This document shows positions 1 through 11,426 of a stretch of DNA of 64,000 nt, one piece after another. The first letter of the stretch is position 1. The number at the start of each line of letters is the position of its first letter. Both the position numbers and the translations under genes were made by a program. Source of the stretch: Paraspadella gotoi (taxonomy: Eukaryota; Animalia; Chaetognatha); NCBI GenBank assembly GCA_051294375.1, contig JBJCIZ010000239.1, positions 3,530,461 through 3,594,460 on the forward strand. Reading direction: 5' to 3'. The notes below the pieces were generated by a model. That model was not told the DNA's origin and did no database searches. It saw only the letters and a list, made by a program, of their open reading frames with translations.

Positions 1-819
1 AGAGAGAGATGGCTGCTCGACGAGTGCCATGGCTCTCGGTTTGGTTCTGGCGGTAACGTAAGTTATGCGCATTCAGGGCCGTGTAAAGAGTCCGAGAGCA
101 GACAAAAGTCAAGGATTTCTCCTTAATTTCATAATAAAAACACGTCGTAAATTTTTCGAGTGCTCCACCCAGAAACATAAGACGAGGCAGAAATTGATCT
201 CTCTGCAGTCAGTTTAAAAGAACTAATTAAGACTGGCGACAACGCGGGAATTAAGGCCCGAAAAACTCTTTATACAGGATTGTTAAATTTAAACAAGCAA
301 GCTTGGTAAAATTAAAAAAATTACGATACCCTGTTTTTAGACAAAATCGAAAAATCTATCTGACTGTGTAACCATATATATATATTAAGTCCTCGTCTAG
401 GAGAACGAAGTAAGTCAAGTTACGAAAGCGAAAACGCCGTTAAAACCAGTCCACTTTGGTCCATCGTACCATATCAAGATGACCGAATTTTTTCGAGTGC
501 TCCACCGCACGGGCTTCCCAAGAACCCCCGCCTTTTCGAAATCTAACAATTTTTATAAATATTTAAATTTTGTCTTCAGGCGGGAATTAAGAACGGTGAC
601 CAAAAAAAAAAAGCGTGAAAAACCCGGAATCCTGATCCCCCCTCGCCCAAAACGAATGTTTTATCTATTAATTCCGTTTATTTTCGTCCATTACAATTTT
701 GATTAATCTATCGTTCGTCGTCCCGACTTCAAACTCTAAACCTCACACGCACGAACACACGTACACATTACACGTTACACGTACACAATACACATACGTA
801 CATCCCTCCCCTCGCACAC

Positions 820-3800
820 CGATTGCGCTGGCATGAGCACGGCCGCGTTGACGTTCATGCTAAGTTCTTGGCCCAATTCCTCAACGTCGGCGTCGTCGTC
901 GTCGTCGAAGTATCCTAATTGGCTGGGTCGCACCGATCTGTGTTCCGATTTGCTGGAATCGTCCCCCCGATCGGTGTGGTTGGAGATGGACTGTTTGAGA
1001 GGAAGAACGGGTCAATTGTCGGGAAATATAAAAGGCCGGGGCTTGATGTGCTAGAAAGGCAGGAAAAGTGAGGAGTCTAAAGGGTGGGGCTTGATGTGCT
1101 AGATAGGCAGGGAAAGGGAGGAGTCTAAAGGGTGGGGCTTGATGTGTTAGATAGGCAGGGAAAGGGAGGAGTCTAAAGGGTGGGGCTCGCAAATCTCGGG
1201 AGAAGAAAAAAGGGCAGTATGGCAACGGCCGGGTTGCCCGTGATGCCTGTTTGGATGGGGCATCTCACTGTTGACTTTGGAGGCTTCCGACCCTGAGTGA
1301 CGCCATCTGTCACTGGCTCGGTTACCCTAGGACGGTCTGGCTTTGCCAACAGAGGGGGACTGTGCATAAAACGTAACGCTTGGGCTGGTGCGTTCCCGCT
1401 CCGAGCCAATGGGATTGGCTAAGTGAAGCAAGAGGTGAGGGGGTGTGAATATGCCGCCACAGAAGCTTGTATCCTTAATATACGAACGACATCAGTCCTT
1501 TTAAACGATTCTAAGTAGCAAGAGGGTTGAGGGCAAGGTTGAGGGCAAGGTTGAGGGCAAGGTTGAGGGCAAGGAAGAACTCGAGCGGTTGAGAGAGTGG
1601 GAAAACTAGGTTAGAACGATAGGATAAATCTTAATTTTTTTGTTTTGATTTTCACGATCTTCAATAAACACATTTACAATATTTATACCGGACTTCAGTT
1701 AGTTTGTTAGAAGAAGAGCAAAACCGTGGAAACCTTGTCTGTAAATAAATCATCTCTTTCAAGTTGATTGCGACAAAAGTATTATTATTACTCTCGTCAC
1801 AAATGAAACCACTGAGGCGGAACAAGTTACAAACTAACTGAAGTCCGGTATAAATATTGTAAATGTGTTTATGAAAGATCGTGAAAATAAAAAAAAAAAA
1901 ATAAAAGATTTATCTTATAGTTAAACGCATGGAAGCTATTTTATATTATCCAAATACTATATAACGTTAAAAATTATTATAATAAATTTTAATTTTTTTT
2001 TAACGGATTCTGATAGATTTAAGGTTATTATTACCAGTATAAAAGGTGAGAGACAGACGCGGGTCTATTACCCCTCTCCTTCTCATTCACCTCCTCTTCA
2101 TCCTCCTCCCAGGGATTCGGGGCCGCGTTCACGAGATTCAGTTCACCTTTCTCTCTTCTCCTACTAGTTTCTCCCCATTTTTTACCCTCATGATTTTGTC
2201 GCCGTATAGATTTTCCTGACGTCAATATATATTTTACCACATTCTCGTGACTTTACATCCGGTTAGGATACCTTTTCAGAGATTACAACTTTTCGAAATT
2301 TTAATGACCTATCTATGAAAATTAATAAAAACTATAAAATTAAATGAAAGATGATTTCTAATTTTAGCCCCTTTATCATTACAATTTTTAAAATTTGTAG
2401 TACTAACCTTTATCTAACTATTTAATCTTCATCAGAATCCATTTTTAAAAATTTAAATTTCTTAAAAAAAAATTTTTTTAAGCATTTCTTATATATTGTT
2501 AAATATTAAATATTAAAAATGTTAGTCCTGCGATGCTTCCATGCATGATGAAAATTAATTTAATCAAAATCTAACATCATAAGTAGAAAGACAAAAGACT
2601 TATTGCAGACTTATAAAAAAAAATGTTAAATTCTGGCCCGCCTTAGTAACTATCATCGATGACTATAATTTCTCGCCCCCACACACCCCACACCAATGAC
2701 GCCCCCCCCCACCCTCCTCCGCTCCCCACCTTGCCGTTCTCCCTAGACCCTACGGGGAAGGCCACCCGCAGGCTGAGATTGAGCACGGCCTTCTCGAAGG
2801 ACAAGTCCACCTGGATGCGGAGACGGTGGAGCGGGACGAGCTCGTGGCCAACTGATAGGGGGAAGTGGGAGGCGGGAGGGAGAGGCGATAGAGGGAGGAG
2901 GAAGGGGGAGAGAGAGGGGGAGAGAGGGCGAGCTCAGTTGGCGAGAAGAGTGAAAGAGAGAAAGAATCGTGCGCAAGACGTTTTTTTAATTTAAGACATT
3001 TTTTTTTAAAATTTAGTCTCCTCCTTAAACACGGCACTGTTTTCCGAAAGTTACCCCTTTCCGTTTCTTAATTCTAACCGAAAATTTTCGTGGAACAAAT
3101 TAATTATTTAATTAAATAAATTATTTGTGATTTCGAATGCTGATGAAGGCTTGAGTTGTAAGCCGAAACATGTCCAAAGTTAATAAAAAACTTTATTGTT
3201 GTTCCACGAAAATTTTCGTTTTTAATTAATCTCAACAAACAACAAAAGAAAGGATTAATACAATGTTAATTCTAACCTTAATAAATAACCCTCGTCATTT
3301 GCCAAGAGTATAACTATATATATAAACATATTCTCCAACACTTATCCTTAATGCCTAACCTTATTTCCTAACCCTAAACCCTATTCCATAACCCAAAAAC
3401 TCTCTCCGAAAACCTAACCATAAATAATCCCAAACTTAATTTGATACTTTTTTCTTAGAGTGCCCTCTTTTCTGTTCGCTTTTCCAAAAATCTATTTTTT
3501 ACTTTAGTATTTAACTTAAATATATTTTTAACTTATAAACCAATCTTCAACCCTAATCCTTAAGCCTAATCTCTAACCCTCACTTAATCCTAAACCCTTA
3601 ATCTTAATTTTTGACTTTCACCTCTCACCCTAAATATTAGTCTTTAGCTTAAATCCATAACCCTAATTACAAACCAAGTCCATAACCTTAATAATTAACC
3701 TAATCCTTAACCTAATCTTTATCCCTAACCTCTAACCTAATTTTCAATTTAAAAAATTAACCCAATTTCAAATTAAACAAAAAAAAAATAGATGTAAACT

Positions 3801-4904
3801 CGTACAGGGAAAAAATAATGCTTCAAATTTTCTAAAAAAAACAACTTAATTTTACAAAAAACTGACTTAACGGAATGAGGCGTTTTTTGCCTCTTTCTTA
3901 CGAGTAAACAGAAATGGAGCCGAGAATACGGCGTCTCGACCTTGGCACTCAGAGAACGGTTGGTTGGCGTAGGTCGACGTCTCAATGCCGCGCGCTCGAA
4001 CGCCCAGTTCCAGCACGGATTCCAACTCGCGTATGCTCGTGCGGTGAACCTCGAAGAGAGCGTCTAATATCCCGGGGACGGAGGAGAAGGGGGGAGAGGG
4101 GGGGGGAAGCTTGAGACGTTGCTTGTTATGCTTGTTATGCTTGTTATGGTTATGGTGATTATATTTTTTTTTGGGGGGGTGGGAGAGGGACAAAGACGAA
4201 AAGAGAAAAGTCGCGTTATGAGACAGATTGTTAGTTTTAGAATTTTAGATCCGATTTTTTTTTTTTTTTTGACGCGAGTAGTGGCGTTTTTCGCTTTTTT
4301 TCGCTCGGTCCTTCTGTCTATAAATATTATATTAAAACCAAACGTTCGTCATATAAAGTTAGAGTAGGGCCAAACTTCGTCAACTTCGAGTACTCGCGGC
4401 GCAACTAAAAAAAGAGAGTGAGAGCAATGCGACTTTTTTTGAACGCTTGCAGGCTCGTTTATTTTTTTTTTCTAATAAATTGAGATCAGCGAAAATTAGA
4501 AGTGAGAAATGAGAAGCGAGTTGTGAAAATTGAGACGGGGAAAAAAAAAAATGAGAATTGACAAATTTCTTTCTCAGTTCTCACCTTCCGTCGGAGAAAT
4601 TAATTCTCGCGCTTCGTAGTTCCGCGTCATGTTCCCGAACACGACCGTTTTAGACTAGAGGAGGGAGAGAGATAGAGAGAGAGAGGTAGAGAGAAAGATA
4701 GAGAGAGAGACTATTAAATAAACGAGAGAGGGAAAGAGGAAAGACAATCAATCGAATCCCTTGCTCGATTACATGCTTGGTTTTGAGGTTCTGATGATTG
4801 CTCATGATGGGACGGAGCAGCGGCGCCGACGCCGTCGTGGTAAGCTGGGTGAGGAAAGATTGGGGCGATCGGGAATAAGGGTAAGGTTTATACGGATTGA
4901 ACAT
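820..4904 (-). CDS. Uncharacterised multi-exon protein-coding gene, 3' end not found; beta-rich N-terminal region, possibly C2-like
   Basis: Exons 4904-4773, 4654-4585, 4063-3902 and 2851-2730 join with GT/AG sites and matching phases (0,1,1). They read MFNPYKPYPY...SKTVVFGNMTRNYEARELISPTEDALFEVHRTSIRELESVLELGVRARG...DAVFSAPFLFTLGHELVPLHRLRIQVDLSFEKAVLNLSLRVAFP. Further probable exons lie at ~2250-2035 (uncertain), 1418-1326 and 990-820. Confidence 0.6.
1037..1187. repeat. 48-bp minisatellite, about 3 copies
   Basis: Unit GGGGCTTGATGTGCTAGATAGGCAGGGAAAGGGAGGAGTCTAAAGGGT is repeated with few substitutions. Confidence 0.9.
1522..1574. repeat. 12-bp tandem repeat (GAGGGCAAGGTT), about 4 copies
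   Basis: Directly visible in the sequence. Confidence 0.9.
1612..1925. mobile_element. MITE/foldback-like element with ~95-bp inverted arms
   Basis: CACGATCTTCAATAAACACATTTACAATATTTATACCGGACTTCAGTTAGTTTGT (~1652-1707) is the near-perfect reverse complement of ~1829-1884. The arms extend outward to GATAAATCTT/AAGATTTATC. Confidence 0.7.
3068..3277 (+). mobile_element. Short Penelope-like (PLE) remnant carrying a minimal hammerhead motif
   Basis: A 12-bp direct repeat TTAATTCTAACC (3068-3079 and 3266-3277) flanks the insert. Inside are a 20-bp inverted repeat (3079-3098/3199-3218), a hammerhead core and AATAAA. Confidence 0.55.
3133..3181 (+). ncRNA. Minimal type I hammerhead ribozyme motif
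   Basis: CTGATGA-A-GGCTT-gagttgt-AAGCC-GAAAC-AT-GTC at 3140-3174 gives the conserved core boxes, a perfect stem II, a palindromic stem III (ACATGT) and a GUC triplet. Stem I is degenerate. Confidence 0.6.
3278..3770. repeat. Degenerate telomere-like (CCCTAA/CCTAAC) tract
   Basis: Many CCCTAA, CCTAAC and CCTTAA variants at roughly 6-bp periodicity. Confidence 0.65.
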
Positions 4905-5119
4905 GAAATAGAAACGAATCAACAATTGTCATTTCGTTTTGTTTACAGATCGTTTCTTATTTTTGTTTCTTCGTTTAAAAAGAGAAAAGATTGAATTTCA
5001 CAACGAATTTTCGTTTTTAATTTGCAAACATGTTTCGAATAGTTTTCTATTCATCGTCAGTGCAAAAACAAACAAACAAACAAACAAACAAACAAGTTTA
5101 GGCAATGTTAAAATTAAGT

Positions 5120-5121
<2 letters not shown>

Positions 5122-5169
<48 letters not shown>
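5122..5169. repeat. (AG)n microsatellite; others at ~14960, ~40467, ~46866 and ~60060
   Basis: Directly visible in the sequence. Confidence 0.95.
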
Positions 5170-5170
<1 letters not shown>

Positions 5171-5519
5171 GACACTTTCATAGTATGGTGGACTAAAATC
5201 TATCAACCGGTCATCAGTGGTCATTGTTGCGGGAGGCAAGTCATTCGCCTCCCAACCAAAATATCCGGCGTTCTAGCCCGGCGTTCGCCTCGCAGTTAAG
5301 AGGGACGGGGCGCTTGTAAAACGATGTTACAGCCTGATCCGAAGCTCAGGGATTGCTTAATAAGCAGTGCTTATAGTGAACGGTTCTGTCATTAACTCGG
5401 AACAATTATTACTGTCTCTTAAGTAGTTATTATTTTGGAGGAAACTTTTTGTTTTTCACGCTTTCTATACATTATGAATTTTCTAATTAGTCATCATGAA
5501 CGGGTTGTTAAATTTGACA

Positions 5520-6850
5520 AAAAATGTCGTCTTCACTCACTTTCGTTTCCATCTCATTCGTTTTATTCTATCAAATGTAAACAATTTTTAAACATTAACG
5601 AACTGTTACTAATTTTAGTTTAAATATTTACTTCTTAAATTCAGTCTTTACATGTCATTACCAGGTTTTAAAAAAAAGTTATAAAAATGTCAACTTCACT
5701 CACTTTCGTTTCCGTCTCATTCGTTTTTTCCATTTCGTTAGAAGATGACTATAAAAGAAGAAGCCAATGGTAGTTTTTGTATATTATCAGACCGGAAGAT
5801 GTGGAATGACGTCAATATTGTGATTCTTAAGTATCGTTTTAATTAAGTTTTAAGTTTTCTCGTGGAGAAAACTTAAAAAAAGTATCAAAATTTCCCCTTT
5901 CTTTTTCAAAATATTTGCCTTTTATTATTTTCGTCGATACTGCCGCTTACAAATTTATGAATCCGATGGCTAATTTTTTCTCTTAAAGTTTCATTTTCTT
6001 TTAAAATACAAATTTCGCGATTCAAACTAAATTATTTAATTTAAACCTGATAATTTTATGTCAAAATAATTATAAAATGAAAAAAGAAAAATAGGACAAG
6101 CTCTTCAGACACAAAGCTATCGGAAACGCGAAATTCAAAGTAACAGGAACATATAGCAATCCCGTTTGCAATTTTAAGTATGTAAACTTTCCCTTTCATT
6201 TCTATAATAAAAATGAGGTTTGAAAATTCTCTGAAGATGAGGAATGCATTTCCCCTGGCTTGTTTGATATCAAATACTTTATCCTTTATCCTTTATGCGA
6301 TAAAATGAATAGGACAAGCTCTTCAGATGTAACACTATCGGAATCCTGCGTTTTTACAACTGATTTCTACCCGAATTTCTGGCAATCGCGTTTGCAATTT
6401 GGGTAGTCAGATTTGAACGGAACTTTCTATTAGATTTTTTAAATTGAGATTCTCGTCTAATTTTGTCCAAAGACCTCGTTCCCGGCCAATCAGATAAGTT
6501 ATTTGAAGAGTATTTCTATCAAATGTAAACAATTTTTAAACATTACAACCAGTTACTAATTTTAGTTTAAATATTTACTTCTTAAATTCAGTCTTTGCAT
6601 GTCATTACCAGGTTTAAAAAAAGTCATAAAAATGTCGACTTCACTTACTTTCATTTCCATCTCAATTGGTTTTTCCATTTCGTCCAAAGACCTTGTTCCC
6701 GGCCAATCAGATAAGTTGTTTGAAGAGTATTCCTATCGAATGTAAACAATTTTTAAACATTAATGAACAGTTACTAATTTTAGTTTAAATATTTACTTCT
6801 TAAATTTAGTCTTTTCTTGTCATTACCAGGTTTAAAAAAAAAGTTATAAT
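5520..6850. repeat. Local ~200-bp repeat unit, 3 copies (~5565, ~6515, ~6730)
   Basis: CTATCAAATGTAAACAATTTTTAAACATTA...GTTACTAATTTTAGTTTAAATATTTACTTCTTAAATT...GTCATTACCAGGTTT recurs three times. Confidence 0.85.
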
Positions 6851-6975
6851 CCCAAGACAGCTTATGAAAATTGCAAAATTACTTGTTTCACTATCTTTAT
6901 TTTTTGTTTTTTAGATTTAAAATGACTATTATTTATGATTTTATTTATTTGTTAAAATATTTTTGTGTTAAATAT

Positions 6976-7088
6976 AATGAAATTGGTACAACCAATATAA
7001 AAATTATCCATTCATTTAATAAATAAGCTATCTTGCCCCTGACTTTGGACAGGCTTTGGTGGTTTAAGGCCTCCATCACTCTTACAAG
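6976..7088. repeat. Dispersed repeat with an inverted copy at ~23455-23567; possibly a retroelement 3' tail
   Basis: ATGAAATTGGTACAACCAATATAAAAATT...CTTTGGACAGGCT...CCATCACTCTTACAA matches the reverse complement of 23455-23567. Confidence 0.7.
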
Positions 7089-8892
7089 ATAATGACATAG
7101 CAGGTCCCTGCAAGCTTTCAATCAAGACTCTCTCACAGTCTCGTTTATTCACTCCCAGAGTACCTGGCTTCCCTATCAATGAAGTGGAAAATATTTCAAA
7201 GAATGTTTCAATTGTATGAAAAGACCACTCCCTTAAGTATTTATCTTAATATTATTTATCTGTTTGGGATGGGGACGTTAGTGTTGTCTTCTGGAAATAG
7301 AGGGTGCATCTACACAACACAAGGTTAGATTACTTTCGGTTATGTTAATTATTCAAAAAAGTGCTAAAATACCCATTGGTTAAAATTTAACTGAATTCGG
7401 CGAATGTAAATGCAAACCTTACCCTTCGTTCATATTGGACGGCCGCGTCGCGAGTCGATTTTTTTTCCTGTTTAATAATACGCAAACGTCTGCTGAAAAA
7501 TTCCGAAAATATTGCTTTTTTTTAAAAACATCGGTCCATCCAATGTGTTGCGCCGCAGTGACTTTCTTATTCCGTCTTTTATTCTTTGAAGTTTTATAAT
7601 TTCTGGAAGTCGGCGCGAGCAGTCACTTAGATTTGAGGTTTTTTTTTTTTCCTGTCTTAACAAATGAACAACTCACTATGAGCGAGTTATGAGCATTTTT
7701 GATGTTAGTGGGACAGATCGACGGACGGACATACATACCGACCGACCGACCAAAAAGTGACTCGCGGCGCCACTAAAAACTGACTTAACGAACATCAATT
7801 CGGATAAACAGAAGTCAAGTTTTGGAATAAGAAGTTTCTAGCTGAACCATGACCCTCTTCCCCCCCCCCAAAAAAAAAAATAAAATAGAAAGAGCGAGAG
7901 AGAATCGAGGGAGAGAGAGACCAACGAACTTACCTATTTCTCATTATTCTAAAAAATTTAAGGTAAAAAGTTTTAATAAAAAGTTTTCTACAGTATGATT
8001 CGTCGGTAATGTCTTTGCCTAATCTCGCATTCTACCTCGTACTGAAAACTTCTTTTTCAGAATTAAAAAAAAAATATTCGGCAGGAATAAAAAGGAATGT
8101 TTATTGTGTTGGAAAATACTAATTATTACTACTAACAATTATTACAATAAGTGATTAGGAGTCTGCCACCAAGTGTTGTGCGTAGGGACAATATACAATT
8201 TGTTTTTATATGTACAGTATGGACAGTTAGAGAGATCTCGGGTTACACACGATTACACATGAAACGTTAACATGTAACAATAAAATTTTAAATACTGAAG
8301 CCGCAAAAAAAAATAACAAAAAAAAAAAAAAAAAAAATTAATCAATAATTTTTGAAAGTTAAACGATAACGTAAATCTACTGTCATTAATCAACAATGCT
8401 AAATCGAATAAATTAATTAAAAAAAAAACAAAAAAAAAAAACTACTTCCTCTGTGTTGAGGCAAATCCTCACTCTTCCGAAACATTAAATTCGCAGCGTA
8501 TCGAACGTTAAGCTAAAAACATTTCGTGGACAAAACAGAAAATCGAAACAAAACAGATTTCGAGGCGAAACGTTGAGTCGAAAATAGTTTACTATTCGTA
8601 AATTCCATCGGTAGTTTGTTAAATAAGTGATGGATACGGCTTTAACTTATTATCTTAAAACTTAAAAGATACATTTCACCACATTTTATCGGGGGAAAAA
8701 TAAATACAAGTTCGGTGAAAGAAAAGGAAAACAAAAATAAATATATGGACACGGACGAATCTAGAAACAAAACACATGAAATTGTTTTCAAAAAAAAAAA
8801 AAAAAAAAAAAAAAAGAGAGAAAATACGAAATTGAATTTGTTCTATAAAAAAACGAAATTTGGGGGGGAAAGCGTCGATTCCCTTTTGTCTC

Positions 8893-9325
8893 TCATTCTC
8901 CCGGTTTCCGCCGCGCCAGCTGCTGCAGCAGTTTCGACAGTCGACGCACGGCCAGCCTGTTGCGTACGAGGACGCGCAGCATTTCCGTCTCGTTGTCAAC
9001 GACGAGTTTCGTTTCCCGGGAAACGCGAGACGGCGTCGTCGTCAAACCGAACTCCCCGACGAGGTCTTTCAGGGACGGGAGGACCTGCGAGTTGACGGAG
9101 TTTTCGAACTCGACCACGCTCGTTCGCAGGTCGCGTCCGCGGCCTCGGGCGAAGTCGGCGGCGCTGGAAAGGTTGCGGCCGAAGGAGGTGAGGTTAGCGA
9201 CGACTTGGGGAAGGTAAGTGCAGTCGACCGTCGCCGCTTCAGAGTCGTCGGGGAGAGCGAGTATGGGAAAGTCCTGGGTGTGAGGGAAGAGAGGGATTTG
9301 GAGTTGAGTTGAGTCTTTCTTTCCT

Positions 9326-9376
<51 letters not shown>

Positions 9377-10493
9377 CAAAAATCCCCTCACGGTCACTCT
9401 GGTTAAAGCGTGAAGGGTGTTGGCATAAACACGCCAGCGACATGGGCTCGTCACTGCAGGTCCAAAGCCCTGAGCGGCAGATTGTCCGGAAATTGCCATA
9501 AAAAAAGTCATTAACGAAGCAAACAAACAATTAACAAACAAACAAACAAACAAACAAACAATCAATTAATCACCTTAATCGCCTCCTTTTCGTAACTGAG
9601 GATGTTGACCCCAGGCTTGATCTCCAACGCCACCGCTTCCGCTTTTCTCTCAAACTCGATCGCCGATTCGCTGTAGCTCATCGTCTTTTGCAAAAAGTGC
9701 CGCGTCTGCCCCGTGTGGACGCAAGAGGCCCTCGTCGGGGCCGCGAAGTGAACCGCGTCGGTAGCGGCGCTCGCGTTAGACCTTGTCGTCGCCGCGAGGA
9801 TATCGAGAAGAACTCCGGTTCTTTTCCGGCCCACGGCGCCGGGAACGAGGTCGGCGTCGTCGAGCGCCGTAGCCTTGGCGCCGTCGAGGAATTCCGCGGT
9901 GGCGCCGAGAGTGACGTTGCCGACGGCGCCGGTTTCCAGCGGCGTGTCCGGCGTGCCTCTCTTCCATCGATGGCCTGATCCGAAATCGTAACCGTTTTCG
10001 GAGGCGTCGTCGACTTCAGTGGTGACGCTGCCGACGGCGACGCCGACGGCGCCGCCGACGCCGACGTCTCCGCTGACGCCGGTGGCCTCTCGGTCAGTTT
10101 TTATGTTTTTGTTGCGTAAACTCACAGCCTGAATTGTGAAGGGTCGTTGGATGAGTTCATTTGGTGAGGTTCTTTCCTGACGTGACGTCAAATTATGTCA
10201 CAAAACGCATTTATTTTTTAACTCACCTCGGGCCACTACGCCAACGATCGCTCCCAAGATAAACATTGAGCCGAAGAGCAAAGTTAGGCGGAGAAAGTTT
10301 TTTTTCGTGAAAAGTTTCCGCCATTCGCTTTTATGTCCTCATCGAGCGTCGCGATCGGTAAGGTTTCTTCCTCGGGATCGTTCAGCGGCACTGCGACGAA
10401 GTCTTCGTCGTTCGGCGCCGCTTCCGCATCGGCGTCTCTCGGCGCCGGTTCCAACTCGAATTCCATCGTCGGATGAATTTGGTTCGAAGGCAT
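8893..10493 (-). CDS. Type II transmembrane precursor (~399 aa) with furin site and C-terminal putative long-chain helical cytokine domain (IL-6/IL-11/Unpaired-like), copy A
   Basis: Exons 10493-10227, 10128-9574 and 9273-8893, with GT/AG sites and intron phases 1 and 0. TM segment LTLLFGSMFILGAIVGVVA, furin site RWKR, four amphipathic helices. Two indels in this copy are corrected by copy B. Confidence 0.65.
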
Positions 10494-10647
10494 CGTTTAA
10501 TTTTTTTCCCGTTCGGCGGTCGGAAACAAATTTCGAAAAAGTTTTTTTAATTCGGAACAAATTTTCGAAATTTTCGAGATTGCTACAATTTCGTCGTTTC
10601 GGTCTTGGTCCAATCGAGGCGTTACTCGGACGCGAGGGCGACGACGG

Positions 10648-10681
10648 TTTATAAAGGATCCGAGATCGGGGGGGAATCCCC
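10648..10681 (-). promoter_or_regulatory. TATA box with adjacent NF-kB consensus site upstream of the cytokine-like gene
   Basis: TATAAA on the minus strand at 10653-10648. GGGGAATCCC at 10671-10680 matches GGGRNWYYCC. Confidence 0.5.
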
Positions 10682-11344
10682 ACCTCGCGGTGAATTCCAG
10701 TTTCCATCTCGGAGAAATATTTCGTCGTCGTCGACCTCGGGGGGAAAAAGCCAGGATTGCGACACTTGTTAGTCTTTTGGTTTCCTTTTCGATCGATCGG
10801 TTTTCGAAGGGTATCCCTGAAGCATCCAGGATTTGCCTCTTGGGCGAGGAGGAGGAGGAAAAAACGGATGAGTCATGGTGACGTGAAACGAAAAAATTCG
10901 GTCATTTTGAAAAAAAAAAGTGAAGGGGAAAAAAAAAACAACTAAAACGAGTCGAGACGAAGAAGAAAAAAAAAGTACAATGACAACCAAAATATTGTGA
11001 TTTCTGCGACGGGCGGAAATGATTTTAGTTCGTGACTTTTATCGATTATTATTTATTATTAAATTGTGGTTTATTACTTCGATCTTTTCCTAGTACATAT
11101 ACTAATCGTTACTAGAAAATACTGTTACGTATAATGTAAGTATAAGTAAAGTAGAGAGATAACTAAAGCTCGAATTATAGTAAAGGGCAACTCTGAATGA
11201 ACCATGTTCGGACTTTATAAAGGTCAGAGAGAGAGAGAAGTGATTCTGATGAGATCTGACAACCAAAACGCGACCATTCCACTTTCACAAATCCCAATCG
11301 CAGGAAGCAAGGGGGCTCATGGTGCGTCGTTGATACAGCGTTGG

Positions 11345-11426
11345 CCAATGGGAAGTTCCGCGAAAGTCTGTGCGAGAATATTGCAAGAGACGGAAAGAAC
11401 TCTGCTGGCGCAATATGGAAACTTCC
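11345..11426. promoter_or_regulatory. Candidate distal enhancer with CCAAT, kB and STAT (GAS) motifs
   Basis: CCAAT at 11345. GGGAAGTTCC at 11350-11359 overlaps TTCCGCGAA at 11356-11364. GGAAACTTCC at 11417-11426. Confidence 0.35.

Noticed and set aside
881-1225. ORF with a 16-aa repeat (APPFRLLPFPAYLAHQ)
   Set aside because: It is the translation of an intronic 48-bp minisatellite. The probable exon 990-820 uses another frame.
3278-3770. True telomere or telomerase RNA
   Set aside because: The repeats are highly degenerate and intronic, with no long perfect array or telomerase RNA structure.
5170-5218. CTGATGA...GAAA on the minus strand as a second hammerhead
   Set aside because: No complementary stem II lies between the boxes.
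5520-6850. CRISPR-like repeat array
   Set aside because: The units are ~200 bp and irregularly spaced, the context is eukaryotic, and there are no cas genes.
7088-7330. LINE ORF2 C-terminal remnant (LRDKYLREWSF...)
   Set aside because: Too short and degenerate, with no RT motifs to confirm it.
9385-9500. Four-hairpin GC block in cytokine intron 2, followed by ATTTTTG on the minus strand, as an snRNA or snoRNA
   Set aside because: The plus strand has tRNA-like TGGTTAAAGCG and a degenerate B box, so a SINE relic is more likely. No 3' stem follows the T run.
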